Shown: positions 18,278 to 27,891 of the stretch, piece after piece
How positions within the stretch are numbered: the stretch's first letter is position 1
How the letters are laid out: the number at the start of each line of letters is the position of its first letter
Assembly: GCF_001642725.1 (NCBI RefSeq)
Contig: NZ_LSUQ01000030.1
Location: forward strand, 1-33,766
Source of the DNA: Ferroacidibacillus organovorans
Lineage (GTDB): Bacteria; Bacillota; Bacilli; Alicyclobacillales; SLC66
Reading direction: 5' to 3'
Length of the DNA stretch: 33,766 bases
The notes under the pieces: model-generated
Told to the model about the DNA's origin: nothing
Seen by the model: the letters and a program-made list of their open reading frames with translations, nothing else
Databases searched by the model: none
Program-made: the position numbers and the translations under genes

Positions 18278-19027
18278 TCAACGAATTTTCGACGTGACAG
18301 CAAGCGGTGTCCGTAATGCCTCACCAGGCTTTCTCGGGAAATTTTTAGGCGTTGGCGCCAATTTTTCAACCTCAACAAGGGTACGCCTTCCCGCTCCGTC
18401 AGGTAGTTCATATTCACTGGTCTGTGTGTGCGTCCCTTTTAACATTCTCACCGTAATTGCCGCCTCACTCACCTCATCGACGACACCGGGACCCTTCATG
18501 GCAATGAGCGTTCCATACGGTTTAAGAAATGGCATCCCCCACTCTACAACCGCGTGAAGTGGCGCTAATGCGCGCGCCGTAACAACATCAAATGAGTCTC
18601 GGTAGGTATCCAAACGCGCGAGTTCTTCAGCTCGCGCGTGAATCGTTTGAACATTCACGAGCCCCAATGCATCGCGTACATCCGTTAGGAAATGAACCCT
18701 TTTCCTAAGCGCGTCACACAGCACAATCTCTGAATCTGTAAAAACAATCCCCAGAACGAGTCCAGGAAACCCCGCACCTGAGCCGAGATCGAGGATGCGC
18801 GCCATCTTTCTTCCTTTTAGCGCACGCGCCAAAAAAAGACTGTCGATAAAATGTTTTCGTATCACATCATTGAGCGTAACAATCGCCGTAAGATTGACAG
18901 ACTGATTACGCTCAATGAGCAAATTAAAATACGTCTTAAAAAGTTCTATTTTTTTATCGCTAAAATCAAAACCGAGTGATCCAGCGAACTGTTGCAGTCT
19001 GTCCCACGTGCAATCCATATCAGCCAT
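18278..19027 (-). CDS. rsmG: 16S rRNA m7G527 methyltransferase
   Basis: [38 protein letters not shown]. Confidence 0.97.
   Translation of the reverse strand: MADMDCTWDRLQQFAGSLGFDFSDKKIELFKTYFNLLIERNQSVNLTAIVTLNDVIRKHFIDSLFLARALKGRKMARILDLGSGAGFPGLVLGIVFTDSEIVLCDALRKRVHFLTDVRDALGLVNVQTIHARAEELARLDTYRDSFDVVTARALAPLHAVVEWGMPFLKPYGTLIAMKGPGVVDEVSEAAITVRMLKGTHTQTSEYELPDGAGRRTLVEVEKLAPTPKNFPRKPGEALRTPLAVTSKIR
18329..18342. promoter_or_regulatory. candidate Noc-binding site upstream of noc
   Basis: CTTTCTCGGGAAAT, 12/14 match to ATTTCCCGGGAAAT. Confidence 0.45.
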
Positions 19028-20906
19028 TGGCCACCTCTTGCTTATTAGAGGATTCCATATAGATCAACAAGACAGAGATATCTGCGGGGGTTACGCCTTC
19101 AACGCGCGACGCCTGCCCGATATTACGCGGGCGAATGGCTGAAAGTCGCTCCTTCGCCTCATTCGAGAGTCCGCGAATTGAAGCAAACGATATACCGACA
19201 GGAAGTTCTTTTTTCTCAAGTTTTTTTTGACGTTCAATCTCTGCTTCTTGACGTTTGACATACCCTTCGTATTTCAAGTCAATCTCAACTTGAGAAGTCA
19301 CTTCGTCTGAGAGTTCAACTTCGGACGGCCGAAGATCATGAATCTTTCCATAATTAACTTCTGGTCGACGCAAGAGTTGTGCAAGACTTTGCGTCACTTT
19401 TGGCTGATCGACACTCAGTCCAGTAAAAAGTGCATGAACATCGTCCGGTTGCACCTTCGTCTTGTTGAGACGATCTTTCTCCTGATGAATAAGCGCTTGT
19501 TTACGCAAGAAACGCTCGTATCGTTGCAGCGGCAAAAGGCCAATACGATAGCCTTTTTCCATCAAGCGGGCATCCGCATTGTCGTGCCGCAAAAGAAGGC
19601 GATACTCCGCTCTCGACGTAAGCAACCGATACGGTTCTGTCGTACCTTTAGTGACAAGATCATCAATCATGACACCAATGTACGCTTCTGAACGATCCAG
19701 AATCAGCGGTTCCCTCCCAAGAACCGAGAGAGCCGCATTGATGCCTGCCATTAAGCCTTGACCTGCTGCTTCTTCATATCCTGATGTGCCATTGATTTGA
19801 CCCGCAGTATAGAGTCCTTTAATCACCTTGGTTTCAAGTGTAAGATCGAGTTGCGTAGGAACCATCGCGTCATACTCAATGGCGTATCCTGGACGCAACA
19901 TCTCAACTTCCTCAAGGCCCTTGATGCTGCGCAACATTCTTACCTGAACATCTTCTGGCAGGCTCGTCGACATCCCTTGAACATACCATTCTGCAGTGTC
20001 CCTTCCTTCTGGCTCCAGAAAAACTTGATGAGAAGGACGCTCTTTAAAACGCACGACCTTGTCTTCAATACTTGGGCAATAGCGAGGGCCACGACCTTCT
20101 ATATCGCCAGAGAACATCGGTGCACGATGCAAATTCTCGCCAATAATCTCGTGTGTCGCCGCACTGGTATACGTGAGATAGCAATTCAATTGCTCACGTT
20201 TTTCAATGTCATCGCGGAACGAAAATTGCAGCGGCTCCTCGTCACCTGGTTGAACGGAGAGATGTTCAAAGCGAATGGTATTGCGATTCACGCGGGGCGG
20301 TGTTCCTGTTTTAAACCTCACTAACGAAAAACCGAGATCAATTAAGCTATCCGTCAACTTCAGCGCAGGCAGTTGCCCATTCGGACCACTCTGATACGAA
20401 ACATCCCCAATGATGATACGACCTCGCAAATACGTACCCGTGGTAAGAACGATCGCACGCCCTTCGTACTCTGCCCCCGTATTCGTGCGCACACCTGACG
20501 CGCGATCGCCCGCAGTTAAAATTTCCTCCACCATGCCCTGTTTCAAAGTAAGATTCGGTTCATTCTCAAGCGTTTGTTTCATCAATCTTCCGTAGGAGGC
20601 TTTATCCGATTGAGCGCGTAGTGCCTGTACAGCAGGTCCTTTCCCTGTGTTCAATAGGCGCATTTGCAGATACGTCAAATCCGTGTTGTACCCCATTTGC
20701 CCGCCTAGCGCATCGATCTCTCGAACAACGATCCCTTTTGCCGGGCCACCAATCGATGGGTTGCACGGCATAAAAGCAATCGTGTCCAAATTGATCGTTA
20801 ACAACAGCGTTTTACAGCCCATTCGAGCGGAAGCAAGCGCCGCTTCAGAGCCGGCATGCCCTGCGCCAATGACGATGACGTCATAGATTCCAGCTCGATA
20901 CCGCAT
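19020..20906 (-). CDS. mnmG: tRNA uridine-5-carboxymethylaminomethyl synthesis enzyme MnmG (GidA)
   Basis: [50 protein letters not shown]. Confidence 0.98.
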   Translation of the reverse strand: MRYRAGIYDVIVIGAGHAGSEAALASARMGCKTLLLTINLDTIAFMPCNPSIGGPAKGIVVREIDALGGQMGYNTDLTYLQMRLLNTGKGPAVQALRAQSDKASYGRLMKQTLENEPNLTLKQGMVEEILTAGDRASGVRTNTGAEYEGRAIVLTTGTYLRGRIIIGDVSYQSGPNGQLPALKLTDSLIDLGFSLVRFKTGTPPRVNRNTIRFEHLSVQPGDEEPLQFSFRDDIEKREQLNCYLTYTSAATHEIIGENLHRAPMFSGDIEGRGPRYCPSIEDKVVRFKERPSHQVFLEPEGRDTAEWYVQGMSTSLPEDVQVRMLRSIKGLEEVEMLRPGYAIEYDAMVPTQLDLTLETKVIKGLYTAGQINGTSGYEEAAGQGLMAGINAALSVLGREPLILDRSEAYIGVMIDDLVTKGTTEPYRLLTSRAEYRLLLRHDNADARLMEKGYRIGLLPLQRYERFLRKQALIHQEKDRLNKTKVQPDDVHALFTGLSVDQPKVTQSLAQLLRRPEVNYGKIHDLRPSEVELSDEVTSQVEIDLKYEGYVKRQEAEIERQKKLEKKELPVGISFASIRGLSNEAKERLSAIRPRNIGQASRVEGVTPADISVLLIYMESSNKQEVANG

Positions 20907-20932
20907 TTCAATTCCTCCTCGTAAAAATCATC

Positions 20933-22303
20933 CTACTTACCCAAACAAAACTGTGAAAAAATCTGATCAAGTAAGTCTTCTCGTGGTGTTTCGCCAATCA
21001 TTTCCCCCAACAACATCCAAGCCTCATGAAGATCGACCGCAACAAGATCAAGCGTCACGCCAGAATTCGCATCGTCAAGCACGCGTTTGATTGCAGCTTC
21101 TGCCCGTTCAAGCAGTGAGAGATGGCGCGCATTCGCTAAAAACGTCGGATCAGCACGCTCCGAGCCAAACACCATTCGTTTAATCTCTTGTTCGAGTCGA
21201 TCGTGATCAGCTTCAACGCGTGTAGAATACGCGAGACTGCGACGATTCATCGCAAGCTCCTGCCAATCGACTCCATTTGCAAAAGGTAGGTCTCTCTTAT
21301 TCATGATCAACAAAGAGCGGTCTCCATCCACACTTTCAAGAAGCGATTCATCGTTCTCATCTAGCGGTCGACTCGTATCGAGCAGAAGAAGAATCAAATC
21401 TGCTTTTTCAAGTGTCTCTCGACTCTTCTGAACACCGATTTGTTCGACGACATCCTCCGTCTCTCGCACACCCGCAGTGTCAAACAGCAAGAGTGGGATA
21501 CCATCAATCTGAATGCGCTCTTCGATGACATCTCGAGTCGTTCCGGGGATTTCCGTAACAATCGCCCGATTGGTTCGCGCAAACCGATTGAGCAAGGAGG
21601 ATTTTCCGACATTCGGCTTTCCAACAATCGCAATTTTGACTCCCTCGCGCAGAATGCGCCCACGTTCCGCTTCAAATCGCAATGACCTGATCTGTTCCAG
21701 GACAAATTGTGCATCGTTTCGAACACGCTGTACAGTCATTTCCTCTTCGTCATGCTCTGGATAATCAATCGTCACTTCTAAATGAGCCATGGTCTGGATC
21801 AGTGTGTGACGTAGGGTTTCAACGTGTTGGTGAAGAGCTCCCTCAACTTGGGAAAGAGCCGCTTGAAGTGCCAACGGGGTTTTTGCCCCAATTGCCTCCA
21901 TGACGCCTTCTGCTTGAGAGAGATCAATGCGCCCTCCTAAAAACGCGCGTTTTGTAAATTCCCCCGGCTCAGCGAGGCGGGCACCTGCGCGCAATACTTC
22001 TAAAAGAATGGACTGTACAGCCTGAACGCCACCGTGACAATGAATTTCAACGACATCCTCTGTCGTATACGACTTTGGAGATCGAAACGTCAAAACAATC
22101 ACTTCGTCAATCCGTTTCCTTTGTTCAAGCGTTACAAGATGACCATAAAGGATGCGGTGAGAAGGCGTTTCTGACAGACGACTGGAACCTTCAAAAATGC
22201 GATCGACGATGGAAAATGAATGTTCACCGCTCACGCGTACAACCGCGATACTCGCTTCGCCAAGCGCCGTCGCAATCGCAGCAATCGGATCCTGTTGCGC
22301 CAT
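20933..22303 (-). CDS. mnmE: tRNA modification GTPase MnmE (TrmE)
   Basis: IAAIAT, GKPNVGKS, PGTTRD, DTAG, NKRD, C-terminal FCLGK. Confidence 0.98.
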   Translation of the reverse strand: MAQQDPIAAIATALGEASIAVVRVSGEHSFSIVDRIFEGSSRLSETPSHRILYGHLVTLEQRKRIDEVIVLTFRSPKSYTTEDVVEIHCHGGVQAVQSILLEVLRAGARLAEPGEFTKRAFLGGRIDLSQAEGVMEAIGAKTPLALQAALSQVEGALHQHVETLRHTLIQTMAHLEVTIDYPEHDEEEMTVQRVRNDAQFVLEQIRSLRFEAERGRILREGVKIAIVGKPNVGKSSLLNRFARTNRAIVTEIPGTTRDVIEERIQIDGIPLLLFDTAGVRETEDVVEQIGVQKSRETLEKADLILLLLDTSRPLDENDESLLESVDGDRSLLIMNKRDLPFANGVDWQELAMNRRSLAYSTRVEADHDRLEQEIKRMVFGSERADPTFLANARHLSLLERAEAAIKRVLDDANSGVTLDLVAVDLHEAWMLLGEMIGETPREDLLDQIFSQFCLGK

Positions 22304-22322
22304 GTCCTCTTCTCCCTTCGCT

Positions 22323-22352
22323 AAAATACAAAAACACCGGTTAGCCCGGCGC
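22323..22352 (-). terminator. terminator-like hairpin between jag and mnmE
   Basis: GCGCCGG-GCTAA-CCGGTGT followed by TTTTGTATTTT. Confidence 0.55.
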
Positions 22353-22446
22353 TACTGAAAAAGTGCAATACAGGGTCAAAACTCCCCAACACATTGCTGC
22401 TTCAAATCATTCAAATGCCTTTTGACTGAATACGAATGCTTGCAAC

Positions 22447-23067
22447 TTACGATAAAGGAATCACAACGACTGTACGTTTTGGATCTGTTCCGCGACTCTC
22501 CGTACGCACATCAGCACGACGCTCCAGAGCCAAGTGAATGATTTTACGCTCATGGGCAGGCATAGGATCCAAAACAAACTCTCTCTTTAACACCAATGAT
22601 TTATCTGCGATTCGATTGGCCAATTGAATCAACGTCTGCTCTCTTCTCTCACGATATCCCTCAATATCGAGATGAAGACGTAAATAGCGATCATTATTTC
22701 TGCTAGCAACGGTCTGCACTAAAAGTTCTAGTGAATCAAGGGTTTGGCCGTGTCGACCAATCAAATTGCCGACATTGTCACCCTTGATCTCCATATATAC
22801 ATCTGTCCCTTTTTTCTCCACGGAGACAGTCACAACGTAGCGCATGGCCAGCATCAATTCACGAAGAAACTGTTCTGCTTCCCAAACTGGATCAACAATT
22901 CTCGTAACTTGAACAGTCGCCGGCCGCGCACCTAGACCAAAAATTCCACGCGATGGCGCTTGCAGAATCACAACGTCAACCTTGTCTCTCGTCGTGTTAA
23001 ACTCCTGTAGCGCTTGTACTATAGCTCCTTCAACCGTTTTTGCCGTGACGGTTAACTGTCTCATCAC
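22447..23067 (-). CDS. jag: RNA-binding protein Jag/KhpB/EloR
   Basis: Jag N-domain (AKTVEGAI...PSRGIFGLG), KH (LIGRHGQTLDSL), R3H (MPAHERKIIH). Confidence 0.96.
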   Translation of the reverse strand: MMRQLTVTAKTVEGAIVQALQEFNTTRDKVDVVILQAPSRGIFGLGARPATVQVTRIVDPVWEAEQFLRELMLAMRYVVTVSVEKKGTDVYMEIKGDNVGNLIGRHGQTLDSLELLVQTVASRNNDRYLRLHLDIEGYRERREQTLIQLANRIADKSLVLKREFVLDPMPAHERKIIHLALERRADVRTESRGTDPKRTVVVIPLS

Positions 23068-23070
23068 ACA

Positions 23071-23829
23071 TCAAGCTCCTGACTTAGAAGGCCTTACTCG
23101 CGTGAAGTACATCTGCACAATCGTAAAGATGTTACTGAAAACCCAATAAAGCGCCAGTGCAGCAAACGCCTTGAGGGACATAAAGAAAATCATGACGGGA
23201 AAGATATACATGATCATCCGCTGTGATGGATCTAATTGCACCATCGACATTTTCTGCTGGAAGAAGCTTGTCACCGCAGCGAGAACGGGCAAAATAAAGG
23301 TCGGATCAGGTTTTCCAAGCGCCAAGATCCCCAAGAACTTCGAGTGAATAAGCGCTGGGTCTGTGTAAATGGAGCGATACAAAATGGTTAAAATGACCAA
23401 CTGCAACAACATCGGCATACATCCAGCAACTGGGTTTACGCCTTCTGACTTGTATAACCCCATCATTTCTTCTTGGTAGCGCTTCGGATCTGATTTGGCG
23501 TATTTATTCTTAATCTCAGTGAGTTGCGGCTGCAACAATTGCATTTTTTTTGTGTTCCGCAAACTCCGTAACATTAAAGGAACTGTTAGCATTCGAATGA
23601 GGAATGTTACAAGCAAAAGCGCCAATCCATAATCTCCATTAAAAGTGCGCCCAAAAAAATTGATGACGTCACTCAATCCGTTGATCGCTTGATCCCAGAT
23701 TGGTGTCGACGCTGCTGGATGAGCCGTTGCTGCAAACGCAGGAACCGCCATCGAAACCCATATCAAACTGCCTAGACCGAAAACGATCGACCCTTTACGC
23801 ACGAAAAACCCCATCCCCCTCATCTTCAT
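23071..23829 (-). CDS. yidC: membrane protein insertase YidC/SpoIIIJ
   Basis: [43 protein letters not shown]. Confidence 0.95.
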   Translation of the reverse strand: MKMRGMGFFVRKGSIVFGLGSLIWVSMAVPAFAATAHPAASTPIWDQAINGLSDVINFFGRTFNGDYGLALLLVTFLIRMLTVPLMLRSLRNTKKMQLLQPQLTEIKNKYAKSDPKRYQEEMMGLYKSEGVNPVAGCMPMLLQLVILTILYRSIYTDPALIHSKFLGILALGKPDPTFILPVLAAVTSFFQQKMSMVQLDPSQRMIMYIFPVMIFFMSLKAFAALALYWVFSNIFTIVQMYFTRVRPSKSGA

Positions 23830-24035
23830 GGAACCGGATCATACCCTCCCGGATGCCATGGACCACAACGCAACAATCGGCGTATCGCCAGAAGAACACC
23901 CCGAAAAACACCGCGTTTTTCAATCGCCTCAATCGCGTACTGTGAACAAGTAGGCTCAAAACGACACGAAGGCGGTGTCTGTGATGAAATCAACAAGCGA
24001 TATCCTTTAATGAGGAAAATCAAAACTCGTTTCAC
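23826..24035 (-). CDS. yidD: membrane protein insertion efficiency factor YidD
   Basis: [15 protein letters not shown]...[20 protein letters not shown] 24035 follows GGAGGT. Confidence 0.95.
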   Translation of the reverse strand: MKRVLIFLIKGYRLLISSQTPPSCRFEPTCSQYAIEAIEKRGVFRGVLLAIRRLLRCGPWHPGGYDPVP

Positions 24036-24057
24036 AGAGTTGACCTCCATCTAAACG

Positions 24058-24420
24058 CTAAATTAATTTTATACGCTTGAGCAATGCATCAATCGCCGCC
24101 TCAGATTCTCGAAACGAGATCGCTGACGCATCTTTTCTGGCGATGATGACGATGTCATATCCTTCAGAAAAGCGAGGAATGCGCTGGCGTAAAATTTCCC
24201 GAAGAATTCGCTTTACACGATTGCGAATCACAGCATTTCCAACTTTTTTGCTGACAGAAAGGCCGATCTTCGAGGGCTCACTTTTTTGTTTTGGCGTTAC
24301 ATAGAGAACATAGTATTTATTTGCTTGAGAGCGGCCCCTTGTAAAAACAAATCGAAATTCTCGATTGGACCGCATTCGATGTCCTCGAAGTGTCATTCGA
24401 GTTAAAACGGACATCATCAT
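24058..24420 (-). CDS. rnpA: ribonuclease P protein component
   Basis: RNR motif GLSVSKKVGNAVIRNRVKR. Confidence 0.97.
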   Translation of the reverse strand: MMMSVLTRMTLRGHRMRSNREFRFVFTRGRSQANKYYVLYVTPKQKSEPSKIGLSVSKKVGNAVIRNRVKRILREILRQRIPRFSEGYDIVIIARKDASAISFRESEAAIDALLKRIKLI

Positions 24421-24438
24421 GGATACGCCCCGTCCTAG

Positions 24439-24465
24439 AAAAAAAGGCCACCGTCTTAAGTGGCC
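24439..24465 (-). terminator. intrinsic terminator after rpmH
   Basis: GGCCAC-TTAAGACG-GTGGCC followed by T7. Confidence 0.8.
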
Positions 24466-24599
24466 TACGCTGAGATAACTTTACGCCCTTTGCTACGTCG
24501 CGCTGAGAGAACGCGTCTTCCGTTTTTTGTCGACATTCTCGAACGGAAACCATGAACTTTTTTACGCTTGCGCACATTTGGGTTATATGTCGGTTTCAC
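24465..24599 (-). CDS. rpmH: 50S ribosomal protein L34 (not in ORF track)
   Basis: Hand translation from GTG after [51 protein letters not shown] (44 aa). Confidence 0.98.
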   Translation of the reverse strand: MKPTYNPNVRKRKKVHGFRSRMSTKNGRRVLSARRSKGRKVISA

Positions 24600-24646
24600 G
24601 GGCTACACCTCCATTGCGACCAATACGGACAAAGAAACACTCAATA

Positions 24647-24676
24647 AGTATATCCGTGACAACCTATCGAAGTCAA
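24647..24676 (-). promoter_or_regulatory. sigmaA promoter of rpmH
   Basis: TTGACT-18 bp-TATACT. Confidence 0.75.
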
Positions 24677-24687
24677 GGAAAGATGGT

Positions 24688-24972
24688 TTATTCACACCAA
24701 CTTATCCACATGTGGATAAGTTGGTGTCTCTTTCGCTTCGATTCATCCGAAATTTATTGACTTATTCACAATGATAAAGGAAAAAGCACACCAATTAAAG
24801 AACGCATTTCAAACCCAGAAATCGCTAAAATGCCTTGTTCTAACTGGACGTTTTTGATATGATTGGCGAGCCCAAACGAAATGAAACAAACTTATCCACA
24901 GAGTTATCCACAGCTGTGGATAACTCATCCACAAGATATGAACATGTGTATAACACCACTAGGTTTTCCACA
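24688..24972. other. oriC part 1: DnaA-box clusters upstream of dnaA
   Basis: Boxes at 24688 (TTATTCACA), 24702 (TTATCCACA), 24711 (TGTGGATAA), 24762 (TTATTCACA), 24892, 24904 (TTATCCACA), 24915 (TGTGGATAA), 24925 (TCATCCACA), 24945 (TGTGTATAA) and 24964 (TTTTCCACA). Confidence 0.95.
24835..24863 (+). promoter_or_regulatory. sigmaA promoter of dnaA
   Basis: TTGTTC-17 bp-TATGAT with a TGn extension, flanked by DnaA boxes (consistent with autorepression). Confidence 0.65.
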
Positions 24973-25029
24973 TTCAATCCCCAAGATACCGTTTACGAAT
25001 GGGTTATGTACCAGGAGGAAGTGCTTACG

Positions 25030-26355
25030 ATGTCAAATGAAGGACGAACACTATGGCAAAAAACATTAAATGAGCTAAAGAAACTGGAACCATTCGTTCA
25101 CGCAGCGCTATACGGAGCAGATGTGGATACATTTGACGGGACTCATCTTCAAATCGCAGTACCGACTCCCTCCATTCTCGATCACATGACCAAAAGCGGT
25201 AATGACACACGCGTAGAACAGATCATTTCAGCATTTTACGGATCACCTGTCCGACTTCAATTTGTCGTAAAACGTCTCACTGAAAATTCAACGCAAAAGC
25301 ATCCTCGGACTGGGGAAAATAAAAATCCTTTTAATCCACACTATACCTTTGAAACTTTTGTTGTCGGAGAACGAAATCGCCTCGCGCATGCCGCAAGCAT
25401 CGCCGTAGCCGAGCGTCCTGGAAGAGGCTATAATCCGTTTTTTTTACACGGAGATGTCGGGCTCGGTAAAACACATCTCATGCACGCCATCGCTCAACGG
25501 GCTCTGCAAATGAACCCTACTGCGCTTATCACGTACATCACAACAGAGACGTTTGTTCGAGAGTATGTAACCGCACTTCAATTCAATCATGTTGACGAAT
25601 TTCGGCGCCGTTACAGAAACGTAGACATTCTTCTTATTGATGATATTCAATTTATTTCTGGCAAAGACTCTACCCAGGAAGAATTCTTCCATACCTTTAA
25701 CACGCTTTATTCAGATCAAAAACAAATTGTAATTACGAGTGATCGCGCACCTAAAGAGATTTCAGATCTTGAAGATCGCTTGCGGTCACGATTTTCAGGT
25801 GGTTTGATCATTGACGTAAAACCACCTGACTTAGAAACGCGCATGGCAATCCTTAGAAGAAAGGCGCGCGCCGAAGGCGTCGATATACCTGACGACGCGG
25901 TACAAGTCATCGCGTCACACATCGAAACAAACGTACGCGAACTAGAAGGCGCATTAATTCGGGTGATCGCTTACTCAAGTATGATGAACAAAGATATTGA
26001 CGCAGAACTTACCCATGCAGCAATCTCAGACTTAATACCAGAAAATCAACAGAATCGATCCGTCACATTAACGGATATTCAAAAAGCGGTCTGCACGCAT
26101 TTTCACATCAAGATGGATGATTTGCGTGGTAGATCGCGGCAAAGAGATATCGCAAATCCAAGACAGATCGCGATGTTCCTAACGAGAGAATTGACAGACC
26201 TGTCACTCCCTAAAATTGGACACGATTTTGGAGGAAGGGATCACACCACAGTTCTTCACGCCTGCGAAAAAATTGATAAGCTTCTCTCGACAGATGCAGA
26301 TATTAAACGTACGATTGATCATCTAAAGCACACATTAACCATCCTAACAAGGTAA
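25030..26355 (+). CDS. dnaA: chromosomal replication initiator DnaA
   Basis: YTFETFVVG, YNPFFLHGDVGLGKTHL, LLIDDIQF, QEEFFHTFN, NVRELEGAL, FGGRDHTTV. ATG 25030 follows AGGAGG. Confidence 0.98.
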   Translation: MSNEGRTLWQKTLNELKKLEPFVHAALYGADVDTFDGTHLQIAVPTPSILDHMTKSGNDTRVEQIISAFYGSPVRLQFVVKRLTENSTQKHPRTGENKNPFNPHYTFETFVVGERNRLAHAASIAVAERPGRGYNPFFLHGDVGLGKTHLMHAIAQRALQMNPTALITYITTETFVREYVTALQFNHVDEFRRRYRNVDILLIDDIQFISGKDSTQEEFFHTFNTLYSDQKQIVITSDRAPKEISDLEDRLRSRFSGGLIIDVKPPDLETRMAILRRKARAEGVDIPDDAVQVIASHIETNVRELEGALIRVIAYSSMMNKDIDAELTHAAISDLIPENQQNRSVTLTDIQKAVCTHFHIKMDDLRGRSRQRDIANPRQIAMFLTRELTDLSLPKIGHDFGGRDHTTVLHACEKIDKLLSTDADIKRTIDHLKHTLTILTR

Positions 26356-26362
26356 CCTAATG

Positions 26363-26500
26363 TTATGCACAAACAAACTTTCAAGTTATCCACAGGTGTA
26401 AATCGAGCGTGTAACTAGGTTGGTCAGACTTATCCACAGTATCCACAGGCCTTATTATTATTATAAGTCTTTTATTAAGTACTAAAACTACTTATTTCTA
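26363..26500. other. oriC part 2: DnaA boxes, GC motif, DnaA-trios and AT-rich unwinding element
   Basis: Boxes at 26363 (TTATGCACA), 26386, 26430 (TTATCCACA) and 26439 (GTATCCACA), then GGCC (26448-26451), (TTA)4 at 26452-26463 and an AT-rich tract. Gene orientation flips across this locus. Confidence 0.92.
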
Positions 26501-26519
26501 TTCAGGAGTTGACTCAACT

Positions 26520-27665
26520 ATGCAATTTGTAATCAAAAAAAATGAACTACTGACAGGACTTCAACAAATTGTTCGCGTCATACCCAGCAGAACAACAAAA
26601 CCGATCCTTTATGGTGTAAAAATCGACGCAGAATTTAATCGCATTCGAATGACCGCCTACGATCTGGAGATTGGACTTGAAATTCTCATTGAGAATAAAG
26701 ATCAGGAGCAGGTGGAAGTTCTTCAAGTTGAAGAGCCGGGCAGTATCGTAATCAATGCAAAGTTCCTTTTAGAAATTATTAGGAAATTACCTCAACAACT
26801 GGTGCGATTCAATTTAAAAAATCACATCGCGACAATTCAATCAGGCGCAGCAATCTATACGTTGAATGGATTGGACAGTCGAGAGTTTCCTTTGCTTCCA
26901 CAAGTTGACGATGATGAAAAACTTACAATGGCAAGCACCCTCCTTTTGCAATCTATTCAAAAAACAGTTTATGCTGTTGCAACCATTGAGTCACGTCCAA
27001 CACTTACAGGAGTCCACTTCAAATTAAAAAATGATATACTCACGTTGACAGGGACAGATAGCCATCGTCTTTCCAATCTAAAGATTTCAGTTGATACCCT
27101 AAAAGAGTATTCTTTCGAAGAAGCCATTATGCCCGGTAAAACGCTGCAGGAACTTCTTAGAATTCTGCCCGCTAGTGAAGAAATGGTCGAAATAACGCTC
27201 GCTGATCATCAGATGCTCATTCGATATGACAATATTCACTTCTATTCTCGACTCATCGAGGGGACTTATCCTGATATCTCTCGAATCATTCCCGAGACTT
27301 TTCGCACATCGATCAAAATAGGAACGAAGAATTTAATCGAGTCCATTGAAAGAGCAGCGCTCTTAGCAAGAGAAAACGACAATCATGTCATTCGACTTCA
27401 TTTGCGTCCGAATCAGACAGAGATTACGTCGACAAGTCAGGAACTTGGTAAAATTTCGGAGGTAATCGAGCCTCAAACCTTTCAAGGGGAAGAACTTATG
27501 CTCGCATGCAACGCTCGATTTATGTTAGAAAGTCTTAAAACCATTGATACAGAAGATGTGAGCATTCAGTTCACCGGACCAGGAAGTGCATTTATCATCA
27601 CACCTGTCGAGAGTGACACGAATCATTTACAACTCATCCTTCCTGTGAGGTTAAACCATGCGTGA
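26520..27665 (+). CDS. dnaN: DNA polymerase III beta sliding clamp
   Basis: TAYDLEIG, SRPTLTGV, GTDSHRL, SRLIEGTYPD, LILPVR. Confidence 0.97.
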   Translation: MQFVIKKNELLTGLQQIVRVIPSRTTKPILYGVKIDAEFNRIRMTAYDLEIGLEILIENKDQEQVEVLQVEEPGSIVINAKFLLEIIRKLPQQLVRFNLKNHIATIQSGAAIYTLNGLDSREFPLLPQVDDDEKLTMASTLLLQSIQKTVYAVATIESRPTLTGVHFKLKNDILTLTGTDSHRLSNLKISVDTLKEYSFEEAIMPGKTLQELLRILPASEEMVEITLADHQMLIRYDNIHFYSRLIEGTYPDISRIIPETFRTSIKIGTKNLIESIERAALLARENDNHVIRLHLRPNQTEITSTSQELGKISEVIEPQTFQGEELMLACNARFMLESLKTIDTEDVSIQFTGPGSAFIITPVESDTNHLQLILPVRLNHA

Positions 27666-27891
27666 AATTCAGTTATCGATTGACTCGGAATGGATTACGC
27701 TAGGTCAAGCATTAAAGATGGCTGATGTGATACAGTCTGGCGGTATGGCAAAATGGTATCTCGCTAATCACCCTGTTTGGATAAATGACGAAAAAGAAGA
27801 CCGCAGAGGAAAAAAGCTTTCCTCGCATGATCGCGTGAGGGGAAAAGATTTTCTAATTACCATACGAGAAGTAGCGAAAGAGGATTCGTGA
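27658..27891 (+). CDS. yaaA: S4-domain RNA-binding protein YaaA
   Basis: ITLGQALKMADVIQSGGMAK...RRGKKL, located between dnaN and recF. Confidence 0.92.
   Translation: MREIQLSIDSEWITLGQALKMADVIQSGGMAKWYLANHPVWINDEKEDRRGKKLSSHDRVRGKDFLITIREVAKEDS

Noticed and set aside
24317..24577. 86-aa minus-strand ORF over the rpmH region
   Set aside because: It is an alternative frame. The true gene is the 44-aa rpmH at 24465-24599.
24688..24972. Repeated 9-mers considered as a CRISPR-like or iteron array
   Set aside because: They are irregularly spaced DnaA boxes in both orientations, with no repeat-spacer structure or cas genes.
24859..25029. 57-aa N-terminal extension of DnaA in the ORF track
   Set aside because: It runs through the promoter -10 and the DnaA-box cluster. 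The real RBS (AGGAGG) precedes ATG 25030.
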